Below, piece after piece: positions 13,710-26,999 of a DNA stretch of 64,000 nucleotides; the stretch's first letter is position 1; each line of letters begins with the position of its first letter. The stretch lies in NCBI GenBank assembly GCA_951406725.2, contig OX597826.1, forward strand, positions 46,810,001 through 46,874,000, in the 5' to 3' direction. Source of the DNA: Octopus vulgaris (lineage: Eukaryota). The position numbers and the translations under genes were made by a program. Under the pieces are notes generated by a model. That model was given only the letters and a program-made list of their open reading frames with translations, was not told where the DNA came from and did no database searches.

Positions 13710-13781
<72 letters not shown>

Positions 13782-13912
13782 GCTACTACTACTACTGCGA
13801 TGACCACCACCACCACCACAGCCACCACCACCGCCGCCACCACTACCACCACCACCACCACCACCGCCACCGCCGCCGCCACCACCACTACCACCATCAC
13901 CACCACCACCAT

Positions 13913-13951
<39 letters not shown>

Positions 13952-13982
13952 CATCACCACCACCACCACCACCACCACCACC

Positions 13983-14052
<70 letters not shown>
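13710..14052. repeat. Compound (CTA)n/(CCA)n triplet microsatellite
   Basis: Direct tandem repeats; explains the poly-T/Y/H/V ORFs. Confidence 0.95.
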
Positions 14053-16025
14053 GTCAGGTTTAAGAAATGACAATTCAGTCATGATCACGTTGTCAATTTT
14101 CAAAACATAGCCTGTCTCGGATTACACTGTACTATATGTCTTTATCGTATAAAAATATGAGATATGATTTGAGGGAGATGCGGCTTATATTTCTAGCCGA
14201 TAAAAGAACTGCGTAGTGATTCCATCGCTATATGGTTGATATATTTGTCTTTCCGAGTCTAGTTTTGGAGAGAAATATTAACCAATCAGCTAAATACTGT
14301 CTTTCTGATCAGCAGGGTCGGATTTTTCAGTCTATATATAAAATATATTTGTTTATAAAACAGAAATATATATTGCTGTTACGGGTCCAATACTGCTTCG
14401 GCTTTAAATGCAACACACAGAAACACACAAATATATACACACAAATACAAGCACACACGCACACACACACACACACACACATACAAGCATACACACGTAC
14501 ACATACACACAGACATACGCACAAATATATGCATATGTAACTGTGAATGTGCGAATGTCCGTACATATAAAGTTTTGGTATACATATGCATTCATATAAA
14601 AAATATATACACGACATGATAATTCGGGGTGAAAGGTTTATATTAGTAATACAGGAAGGAAGATGTTCCTTGAGCAACAATAACACATCGCCGCGGCTTC
14701 TCTTGTAATTTGTAAAAATAGGGAGGAAAAAAAAAGCTCAACAAAATCTAAGATACAGATAACTGATCCGCCATGTTGTCACGTAGCTTTCGGAGCTAAC
14801 AAACGCAATTCAGCTCAGCGGTTTGTCAAAATGTTGGAATATTTCCAGAAAACATTCTTTGATCTTACGACTTCTAACACCTTCAGCTCTCGTATATACT
14901 TTTTTTTTCAAATGTTCTATTTGTTTAATTCTATTTTTCTTCATATTCGTCTTTCTAGTTTTATCACAGTTTTCTGTTTTTCACTAACAAACTCCACTGT
15001 CCTCCTTCACTTTCTCTCCCATTCTCTACAGCTACTTATCCGTGGGTGTATTTTCATGATTGTTTTCAAAGAAAAAAATGTGTTGCTTCAACATCAAATT
15101 ACCTTTATACACAAAATGCAACACACAAAATATATTCTTGAATCAAGGGAATTTTTTTTTCTTTTTGCTTTTGTTTTTTTTCTCTTTTTTCTTTTGGAAA
15201 TTGCTATTTTTTTTCTTTCTTTATCACTGGAACACTTCTCCTTTTTTTCCCCAAGAAAGTAATTCACTGGTAATATATATGTAAAAATGTTACCGAATTA
15301 AAGACACCAAAAATACAATGAGCTACTTCTAAGGTACTTAAGTCTAGAAGAAAAGCGATCGCTTCTTTATTAAAAAAAATATCAAACTGAAGCAAACAAT
15401 ACTCTTGGTATTCCATTGAAAGTTAAAAAATATTTCGAATAATGGCTAAAAATAAGTTTCATAGATCAAAATACCCATTAACCGAAGCAATATTATTCTT
15501 CACAAAGAAATACAAAACGTATTAAGTTTCATATGAATTCGCCGCTTCTATCTCTTGATTATGAAAACTTAGATAGATTCCGCCCTTTATTTTATATTGC
15601 AACACATTAAAACATCGGTTGTTAGAAATATGAGTGAATAATCTGAGTTTGATCTGTCGATGATATGACAATACGTTCTGTTGGCTTTCATTTCATTACA
15701 GCAAAGCTAAGTGAGTGTCATGATGGATGGTGTTCGATGCATTCGTTTGAGTTCATATTTGATTTTGATCCACTAATCAATCGGAATAATAAAGAAAGAA
15801 ACCCCACTTAACTGGAATACATTCAGTAACACACATTTACATTTATTTACATTGCAGATATAGCTGGTGGTTAAAAGTTCTTTTCGCAAAAACGTAGATT
15901 TGGGTTCGACTCTAGTACGCGGTATCGCGGTCAAATATTTTGCTCTATGATATCGGGTAGACAAATGCTTTGTAAGTGAAATTTGAAAGACTGTATCTGT
16001 GTTAGATAGTGTCACACTCACACAC

Positions 16026-16072
<47 letters not shown>

Positions 16073-16073
16073 G

Positions 16074-16120
<47 letters not shown>

Positions 16121-17520
16121 AGTGGAGGCGCGTGGCTTAGTGGTTAGGGTGTTGGACTCATGATCGTACGATTGTGGTTTCGACTCCACGTAGCTGGCAA
16201 ACATTAGTAATCTTGCGACGGACCGGCGTCCCGTCCGGCTGGGGAATTTTTACGCCGTGAAACCGGGAAACCCACCCTAATGAGTCGGTATGACTCGAGA
16301 AGGTAACTTTACCTTTTACACATACATGTATACATACACGCAGTCACAAACACATCTGTTTATTCATCTCCTGCCGCATCATGCTCTCATAATGTCCATA
16401 ATTTACATAAGGGTACACATTTAACAACTTTGTACTTTCGCAAAATACTGAAAACGTGATTTATCAGGGTTATATACTGTTTCAACCTGCTATTATGTAA
16501 TCCTGGCAGTAAATGAAACACGTGTCTGTTTTATAAAACATAAATTACACGTGCACACAAACAAACACATGTGCATAAGTTTGCGGTGAGCCGCCGATTA
16601 GCGCTGCTAGTCATTGTACTATGATGTATCATAAGAGAGGCAATCTATCGTATCAGCTCGCAGCGCACCCTGTCCGGTTTCTGTGACTCAAGATGAGATA
16701 ACCACTCCAAAATGTTTGCATCTCACAATCTAGACAGGTGGCACTGCGAGCTGATTTGGGTGTTTTTATACCATTTGTCTAAAAGCAAGAAATTTTCTCC
16801 GTGACAAAACACAGGGAATGGTTTCCTTACAGGTTCGAGTATGCTCCGAGCATAATTGAACTGATACTAACATTGTATATGTGTATATATATATTTATGT
16901 AACTATGTAAAGCTTTGTGTTGTATTCTTATCGCTCAGTTTTAAGTAGCCATACAGAGCCAGCCACTATCAATTAACAGTAATCATTCATTTGCACAGGT
17001 GTTTTATGAAGAAAACTAGCATTTGCCAGTACATGTCCTCCACACTATCAATGCTACTTTAGGACCGACAAGTATAGCACCTGTGTCGTTAAAAGTGTTG
17101 CTTTTAGAACGCGGCCTCCTTTCTCACAGTACATAAATAATCATGTTCAAGACTGCACCAGTTCAGCTAATCTACTGCCCTCACTTAATAGTATGCTGCA
17201 GTAAGTGCTGTGTGCTCACCTCTCAGGTTTAAGTAACCATTGCAGAAGTAGTAGACTGCCTGTGTCCATGTACTAAAAATTTAAGACGACATACGTCTTA
17301 TGTTCACGCTTACGGCAACACATCTGCTTTCATAATTATATGCATATTAACATACACAGAGGAACGCTGACACGCATCGTATGTCATTTCCACCTACCCT
17401 CTTTCTTTCCTTATATGTTTGAGTGTGTGAGTTGGACCCTAAATGTCTAATGGTGCTGTCGTTGTGAGAGTCGATTTCTTCCTCTTCTAAGAGAGAGTGA
17501 GAAGAAAGAAAGGAAAAAAA

Positions 17521-17525
17521 AAGAA

Positions 17526-17572
<47 letters not shown>

Positions 17573-17645
17573 AGAAGAAGAAGAAGAAGAAGAAGAAGAA
17601 GAAGAAGAAGATAATGATGATGATGATGATGATGATGATGAAGAA
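17521..17645. repeat. (AAG)n + (ATG)n microsatellite
   Basis: Direct tandem repeats. Confidence 0.95.
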
Positions 17646-17920
17646 GCATCTACAATCAGTTCTGGACTGCTTCTTTTCTCTTATCTACTAACGAAAGGGT
17701 CAAAGGCCGTGCTGACCAGTATTTGCGATGAGAGCACCAACATCGGAACGATTACCGCAAAGCAGTTATTTCAGTGCTCCAAAGACGATTCCGTTTCGAT
17801 GTCTTTACACATATCGTTCATCGTTTACTTGTTTCACTTATTGGACTGCGGCCATACTGGGGCAAAGCCACAAAAGTTTAGTCGAACAAATCGATTCCAG
17901 TGCAATTTTTTTTAAGCCTA

Positions 17921-18008
17921 TAGGCGTAAGTGTAGCTGTGTGGTAAGAAGGTTGCTTCACAACCACATAATCTTAGTGGATTTGATAGACGGAAACTGAA
18001 AAGCCCCG

Positions 18009-18063
<55 letters not shown>

Positions 18064-18600
18064 ATAGAGGGCATTTATTACACATAAATGCCTCACACTA
18101 AGAGGGACATAAGTCATTACTACCAACATTACACTAATCATACCTAATGCAGTTCTTCAAAGCAAGACATTTAAAAAATGAATTTAGTTCTGTATCACCC
18201 GTGATTTCACATTTAACGTATAAAATTACGTCTATGATCATCAGCAGAACTGATTCTGAACACATCATAAATAAACGACCAACTTTATCTGGCGAAGACG
18301 AACAGATATCTATTCACTCCGGCGAAGCACATGGAAATGTTTATAAATCATATATTCGGTAAATGTATATATATATACATGCATATATTTATGTGTCTGT
18401 GTTTGTCCCCCACCATCACTTGTTAACCGATATTGGTATGTTGGTGTGTTCGCGTCCCCGTAAACTAGCGGTTCGGCAAAAGAGATTTATTACAAAGAAT
18501 AAGTCCTGGGGTCGGTTTCTTCGACTAAAACCCTTTAAGGCGATGCTCCAGCATGGCAACAATCAAATGACTGAAACAAGTAAAAGGGTAAAAGAAAAAA
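17921..18600 (+). mobile_element. tRNA-derived SINE, family B (CORE-like domain), split by an insertion in its internal (TA)n
   Basis: Head taggcgtaagtgtagctgtgtggtaag; tail gactgaaacaagtaaaag; other copies at about 18600-18957(-), 19890-20250(-), 27660-27899(-), 39070-39465(+), 48155-48540(-), 53000-53163(-), 55613-56070(+) and 59470-59670(-). Confidence 0.8.
18186..18251 (-). ncRNA. Type I hammerhead ribozyme motif, canonical core
   Basis: agttctg-CTGATGA-stem II (cat/atg plus gacgta/tacgtt)-GAA-ATCAC gg GTGAT-A-cagaact; 7-bp stem I; AUA cleavage triplet. Confidence 0.75.
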
Positions 18601-18735
18601 GGAATAAGCCGGGTACTTACTCTATCACTCGCTCTTTGGCCGAACCGCTAGGTATAGAGTCTTGAACAAACCAACACCGGCTGTCAGGCGGTGATGGATA
18701 ACAAACAAAACGTCAAACACACGCGCACACACACG

Positions 18736-18792
<57 letters not shown>

Positions 18793-19510
18793 ATACAATC
18801 ACACACACATACATATATACGAGGGATTTTTTCAGTTCCCCGTCCACACATGACTTGGGGCTATAACAGAAAATGCTTGCCGAAGGTGCCACGCAGAAAG
18901 AGAGAGTGAAACCGAAACCACGCGGTTGTAAAGCAAACTTCTTACCACACAGCCTCCTTGGACTCTCAAGGCCAGACGGTACCCTGGTAGCGTCGTTGTG
19001 ACGTTCGATCTCTTCTTCTCCTGAAAAAAGAGTGACAAAGGGACCAAAGAATTTACTCCAATTCTGAACCGGTACATCCTATCTATCTACTTCGAAAGGA
19101 TTAAAGGCAAAGTTGACCTTGGTGGAATTCGAACTCACAGCACATGAAATAAGAATGAACACTGCAAATTTGTATTCCTTTGTATTCTGATCCGCGAACT
19201 ACTCTACCAGTTTGATGTCTGTTTATACATAAATATGGAGGAATAAAATAAATGTAGATGTAAATGGAACTTTATACAGAATAATAAAAAAAGAAATAAC
19301 CTACTTTTGATATGTAAGTGTACAAATACCTGTTTGCTCTCTTAGTGATATCAACGTCATCGTCATCGCCGTCGTCGTTGTTTAAAATCTGTCTTCCATG
19401 TTGGCATGGGTTGGAATATATATATATACAAATGCAGCGTGGAAGGTGTTTATAAGCCATTTGAAAACAAACAAAACGCCGTTAGATTCACTTGACATTT
19501 AAATTTAATT

Positions 19511-19559
19511 TGTCTCAAAATATTTTCGTCGCTTTGAAACTACGTCCTGTTCACTGGCA
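19511..19559 (-). ncRNA. Decayed hammerhead-like motif with G3-C8 swapped core (GUGAACA)
   Basis: gcca-GTGAACA-G-GACGT..GCGAC-GAAA-ATAT-TT-tgag; palindromic AAATATTT stem III; stems I and II partly mismatched. Confidence 0.45.
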
Positions 19560-19656
19560 AAACTTTGTGCTGCATCTCTCTCTATATATAAAATTAGAAT
19601 AATTTATTACGCATTCGCATGCGTAATAAAAGCCATAAGACAACATATTTTCATAT

Positions 19657-19811
19657 ATAAGAGTGTATAAATATTTTTATACAACGAGAAAACCCATGAC
19701 AGGACTTCTTACATGCTAAAAAGGGCAGGTTGGGTTTAACTACCCTTTTTAACATGTAAGAAGTTTTGCCATGGGTCTTCTCTTTGTGTATATATCTTAT
19801 TATACTCTTAT
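19657..19811. repeat. Long imperfect inverted repeat (about 75-bp arms; MITE-like hairpin)
   Basis: Left arm gagaaaacccatgacaggacttcttacatgctaaaaaggg versus right arm ccctttttaacatgtaagaagttttgccatgggtcttctc. Confidence 0.85.
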
Positions 19812-20319
19812 GCACACACACACACACACATACACACACACACACACACACACATACACACACACACACATACACACACACACACTTTTATTCTTTTACT
19901 CGTTTCAATCAACACCTAAAAGATGTTAGTCGAAGGAATCGACCATAGGACTTAGTCTTTGTAAGCCTAGTTCTTATTCTATTGGTCTCTTTTGATGAAC
20001 CGCTAATTTTCATGGACATAAACGCACCAGCATCGATGGTCAAGCGATGACGGTGGGATGGGACAAACACAAACACACACACACAAATATTTACATATAT
20101 ACGACGGGGTTCTTCTAGTTTCCTTCAACAAAATCTGCTCACAAGTTGGCCCGAGGCTATAGCAGAAGACACTTGCCCAAGGTGCCATGCAGTGGGACTG
20201 AACTTGGAACCATGTGGTTGGGAAGCAAGCTTCTTACCGCACAGCCACGCTTTCGACCATATATACATACATACATACATACATAGAAACATACATACAT
20301 ACATACATACATACATAAA

Positions 20320-20359
<40 letters not shown>

Positions 20360-20374
20360 ATGTATATATATTTG

Positions 20375-20445
<71 letters not shown>

Positions 20446-20518
20446 TCGCCATGATAGATCGCTAGCCACTACACGCATTTTTCTCTCCTTGTTTCTCTCC
20501 TTCTTTCTTTTTGTGTTC

Positions 20519-20554
20519 CTTTCTGTGGAAGAGCGTAGGCTCGAAACGTTAAAG
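20519..20554 (+). ncRNA. Minimal hammerhead-like motif, CUGUGGA core (family H1 copy 2)
   Basis: Identical to 897-932 over 36 nt. Confidence 0.65.
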
Positions 20555-21206
20555 ACTTTTTCAATTCCCGAGCGTTATACTAATACATCTGCTTGTTTTC
20601 TACACCACCTGTTTTCGTCTTCTGTTTTTTCTTTCGTGAATTCTCCCTACATATATATATATATATAAAGGTGGCTCGTTTACAGCCGAAAGGCACACCT
20701 ATAGATGTCGCTAAAGTGACTAAGAGTAGGTGGTTTCTAGCACCAGCATTGCTAGAAATACGAGCCAAAAGAACTATTAGCCATATATATATGCATTGGT
20801 ATATGTGTGTGTGTGTGTTTATATATGTATACGTTTGTGTGCCTGCATATATATGCACATCAAAATATGTACGCAGGTGCAGGTTCGATATAAAAAAAAA
20901 ACAAAAAACAAAACAGAAAATAGGAAACACAAAATTCTAAATTAGTGTTTTTATTGTTCTAAATAGGGACAAGCAAAGAGAACGGTGATTACAATGAAAT
21001 AAAACATTTAAATTTGTTAATTTATCTATGAATTATATGTGAACATGGAGAGCAAAAGAGAGAGGGAGAGTTAGACAGATAGATAGGGAGAGAGAGGAGG
21101 ATAGGGAGAGAAAGACGGAGAGAGAGAGGGAGGAGAAGCATATATATATATGTATATATTTATATATATATTTGCATCAATGTGTGGATGTATGTATATA
21201 TATATA

Positions 21207-22489
21207 CAGGGGTTGGGCAAAATAATGGAAACACCTTAAAATTTCAAACAAATTTATTTCAATATGGGAGTAGGACCGCCTTTGGCAGTAATTACAACTT
21301 GAATTCTACGAGGTATGGACTCATACAAAGTTTGAATTGTTTCCAAAGGAATTTTTGTCCATTCTTCAGCTAAAACAGTTTCCAGTTCTTGTAGTGATGA
21401 CGGTGGAGGACATCGACTCCTTACTTGTTTTTCTAAAATCCACCATAAATGTTCAATAATATTGAGATCTGGAGACTGTGGTGGTTAGATAAAATGTTCA
21501 ACCTCACTGGATTCTTCCTCGTGTCATTCAGTAACAACTTTAGTTGTGTGAATTGGTGCATTATCATCCTAAAAGATTGCGTTTCCCTCTGGAGGTAGTT
21601 CTGCAACAGTACAATGAATATGATCAGATAAAATGATTAAATAGTCTTGACTATTAATTCTGCCATGAACGGAAGCTATTGGGCCGGTAGATTTCCAAGA
21701 TGTAGCCCCCCTCCGCCCCAGATGATCACAGATCCTCCTCCATGTTTAACAGCTGGAAGAAGGTAGTCTGGGTTAGATGCTTCTTTTGGTTGCCTCCACA
21801 CGTATAATCGGCAGGTGGTCGGAAATAAGATAAAGAATGACTCATCCGAGAAAAGAATATTCTTCCACTGCTCTAGGGACCAATTCTGTAGGTTTTTACT
21901 CCACTTTAAACGCTTTGAAACGTGTGTTTTTGAAAGTAGTCATTTTCTGATTGCAGCCCTCCCGTAAAATCTGTCTTTGTGGAGTCCCAGCGAACAGTTT
22001 TTTGTGGAAACTGGGTTCTCGACGTGGTTATTAAGCTCTGCAGTAATTTTGGGAGCTGTACTTTTGTGATCCTTTCTAACAATTCGCATAAGAGTCGGAC
22101 GGTCCCTATTTGAAAGTTTTGGTTTTCTTCCGGAGTTTTGTTTTTTATGGGGAAGTTTTTCCCTCTTTCTCAAAGCCTGTCGTTACTTTCGAGACAGTAC
22201 TTCTTGATACACCAAACATTTCGGCTGTTGTCGTTCCGCTAGCGTCTGCCATACGAGCACCAACAATTTGACCTTTTGAAAGTCCGATAGATCTGTCATT
22301 TTAATGAATTTTGATTACCTTTTTCTGATGATATCTGAAAAGAAACAGCAATTCTAGCAAAACATATTAAGCAAAACTAATAATAAATCAAAAACCATAA
22401 AAATAAACAAGCTTTTTGACGGTTTTATAGATATTCCAAAATTATGATGCTATGATACTAGGTGTTTCTATTATTTTGTCCAACCTCTG
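21207..22489 (-). mobile_element. Full-length Tc1/mariner transposon, DD36E (Incomer-like), inactive
   Basis: TA TSDs; about 30-bp TIRs caggggttgggcaaaataatggaaacacct / cagaggttggacaaaataatagaaacacct; 1283 bp. Confidence 0.92.
21259..22299 (-). pseudogene. Tc1-type transposase pseudogene
   Basis: MTDLSDFQ..GQIVGARMA, SGRKPKLS, ILFSDES, VKHGGGSV, DDNAPIH..PPQSPDLNIIEHLW, KGGPTPY*; contains internal stops and frameshifts. Confidence 0.9.
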
Positions 22490-23617
22490 TATATGTATAT
22501 ATATACAGTGAGACAGATTTAGAAAGAGAGATATGTATATTTACACACACACTCACACACACATACATACACATGCACATCTATATTTGCACATTTACTT
22601 ACGTACGTATGTACGTGTGTTTGTATAGCTTTTACGAGAATGTCTACAAGAAATTCCACCCCTTCAAACGAAAAAGAATTCTAAAATAATAGCATCACAC
22701 ACAAACACACACGCACACACAGTCACACACACACCACCAGACACACATACTCCGCCAGACACACATACACACACACACGCACACGCACACACACACGCGA
22801 AAGAAAAACGATTTAAAAATATTGATGCGAACAATTGTCTTACCCTCCTCCACTTCCTCCGCTTTCTAATCATCATCATCATCGTCACCACCACCACCAC
22901 CACCACCACCACCACCACCATCATCATCATCAGCATCATCATCGTCGTCGTCGTCATCATCATCATCATCGTCATCATCATCATCAATAGCAACCTACCT
23001 TCTGCCTTTTGCACATAATCTTTACATCACATGTGAAGTCACACACACACGGACATAACGCACGCAGGGCAGACACATTTAAGCATGAACAAACACGTAT
23101 ACACACATACATACATACATACATACATATATAAACAGAAATACATACACATAAACTTACTTACACATACACACACATGTATATATACATATATATATAT
23201 AGATACATCTTTTGTGAATTCTCCCCCTATATATGTATAAATATATAGGTGCACACACCACATGTATGTATTATATATATATATTATTTTATGTCAAAAC
23301 TCGTAAAACAATTTTTGCTGTTCTTCAACACCAAAATCTAAGTAAAATCATGAACAATAACAGCAGTAGCAGCAGCAGCAGCAGCAGTAGCGACAAGGAC
23401 AACAACAGCAACAACAACGTGACGAGCTAGAATGCCAGTGTTGAAAATAACAATAAATATCTAATTTTAGTGTGACAGTAACAATTCTGTAAACATGGCT
23501 TAATCAGGAAATTGAAAGAATTCTTTATATACAACAATCATGCACACACCTCTACACATACTTGTACAAGCATGTGCGCACACACATACACACATAGGCA
23601 CACACACACACACATAC

Positions 23618-23688
<71 letters not shown>

Positions 23689-23832
23689 ACATATAATCAT
23701 TCATACATTGGGAGTTGAATTTGTGTTTGTCACCCATCTCAAAATTGGATTTATTGGCGTGGGGGCCTCGGTTTGTGATGCGGTTTGGTGCGGTGTTGTA
23801 TGGCGTGTAGATAGCGTAAATAAGATGCTTAC

Positions 23833-23883
23833 CCCAGGAGCAATCTCCTCCGTTTTCTTTTACGTTGTTCTGTTGTTATTTGG
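23833..23883 (-). other. Candidate 51-nt internal micro-exon
   Basis: ttttcag acceptor and GG|gtaagc donor; one open frame QITTEQRKRKRRRLLLG. Confidence 0.3.
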
Positions 23884-24320
23884 CTGAAAACATTTACAAT
23901 AATTTGTGATGCATAGTTTCGCTTCAAACTTAATTAAATATTCCTTATTCCGTTCTTTTCCCTGTATTTACAACTAAATTCCTCAGTTCGAAACAATTTA
24001 AAACAATCTGAAATAATCTATGTATGTTTATATGTCAGATTGTATGGACACGTATTTCTAACATATACACAGATAGATGAATAGATTGATGGACAAATAA
24101 ATGGATAACTATGCAGAAATGGAGTGAGACAAATAGAGACGAAAGTATAGTCTGTACCATACCTAATGCTACGTTCAAGAAATTCCTGTAGTGAAATATT
24201 TGTTAAATTTTTGGAAAAGCGAAACGTAAAAAAGATGTACATTCTCGTGTTTATGAGAATGTATATATTAAGTAAGTACACCAAAATATGAACATGCATG
24301 CAGACCCCTCATCTATCTAT

Positions 24321-24438
<118 letters not shown>

Positions 24439-24796
24439 TCATACACACATATATATATGTATGTATGAATATACATATAGTTATATAATTGTGTAATTAT
24501 ATACTTATGCATGCACACTCGTACATACGTTTTATAAAGTAATAGGTGCCAAACCCTCGGCCCTTGCTTCACAATTGTGCGTGTGCGTGTGTATACTAAT
24601 CTCTATTGATTCACTAGAAGCTATAAACTACATGAATCACTGCAAATGTAGAGTATTCTTTCATAATTTACAAATGAAAGGATACGATTGTTTAAAAGAA
24701 AACCTGGCTCGATTCCAGTCCTGGTGATCGGAAACGATTAACTCTGAGTACTGAAAATGCGAGCCTTTCCAGTATATATCAGTGTATATATATACA

Positions 24797-25264
<468 letters not shown>

Positions 25265-25521
25265 CTAGAGAGATGCATGCATACATACATATATAAATAT
25301 ACCTACGGAGAATTGTCTCATTCTGACTTAGTATATAATCACCTGGCAAATATTACGATACGAGATATATGTAGCTCATATTCTACTGTTTATATGAATA
25401 TATATATATATGTATATATATCTTAATTGTTCACTCCATCTGTATCGCTTATAATCCGTTTATTGTTGTTTTAGCCTTTAATTTATTCATACGTATACAC
25501 GTGCATACTCATATGTGTGTG

Positions 25522-25577
<56 letters not shown>

Positions 25578-26762
25578 CATATATATATATGCTGACACGC
25601 ATCCGCATACACATACTTTCAAATATACATGCCGGTTATTGTTTATCTACTGCCTATTATTCAGAGCCCGTCTGTTGCTTATATAACATTTACATATGTA
25701 TTTTGTATTGTTTATATTAGATTTATTTATAACTTGAACAAATTGTACAATGAAACGAAATGAAATCAAACAGAGCTAAGATAACAGCACACACTAAAAA
25801 TGATCCATGAAGCACATAGTCTTGGCGACAGAATGTCTTCAATCCCGCAGTGTGTGCTTGGCGTGCCATTTACTTCTTCCACCGATCTCAGATTTAAATA
25901 AGTGCTATTGCCGTTCCTCTGAGGAAAAAAAAAGCGGTGTCTTTATTGTGAAGAGCAATATAATTATCCATTCTGTTAATAAAAGATTATTCTAATATGA
26001 TACTGGTGGGAGTTAGTTATTGCAATGTTGATACGTTGTATAACTTTGAGTATTATTGTTGTGCAGTAAAGGCCAAAAAACATTTGCAATTTATATTATT
26101 TTATGAGGTTTTTACGAAATTTATGCAATCCGTTTATCTCTTTGTTAAATAAACAAGCACTTTTGCAAGGTTTGGTCCTCTTCATCTGCATTATTTCTTT
26201 GATTATACCATGTTGCAGTTTAACCTAAATATTCATCACTTAGTAGGGTGTTTGTAAAAAACACTTTCTCTGGTGGTTAGGTTAAAGGTGTTGGGTTCGT
26301 GATCGTTAAGTCTCGGGTTCGATTCTCGAGCCGGTCAAGGTGTTATGTTTATGAGCTAGTTACTTCATTTCATGTTGCTTTAGTACATTCAGCTAAAGAT
26401 AAAGTAGTGGTGGGAACGGAGTCTAACCCTAGTGGCACACTGGTGTCCCACTGAGGAGAGGTGCATTTTACTTGAATATCCACCTAGTCTACATACATAC
26501 TTACCTGCATACGCACACATATAAATATATGTGTATGTATGTGTATATATATATATATGTATGCGTGTGTGTGCATTTACAGAAGTATAAATGAAGGTTA
26601 CAAACCTCTTCGACTTTCAAATAATTTTTAATTTTTTAAATCTTTTTAATTAATTTTCTGAAGGTCTGGAATTGAAACAGATGCAAGGATGTTTGTCAAT
26701 TTTTTAATTAATGAATAATAATTCATTAATTACCTCTCTATTTTCTTATTATACACACACAC

Positions 26763-26891
<129 letters not shown>

Positions 26892-26999
26892 CGTGTACAC
26901 ACACACACATACATACCTATACATATATGTATAGTAGACGCTTTCTCGCATATGAGCAAAGCCATTGCTCGAAAGAATCATTGAAATGAGTCATTGATG

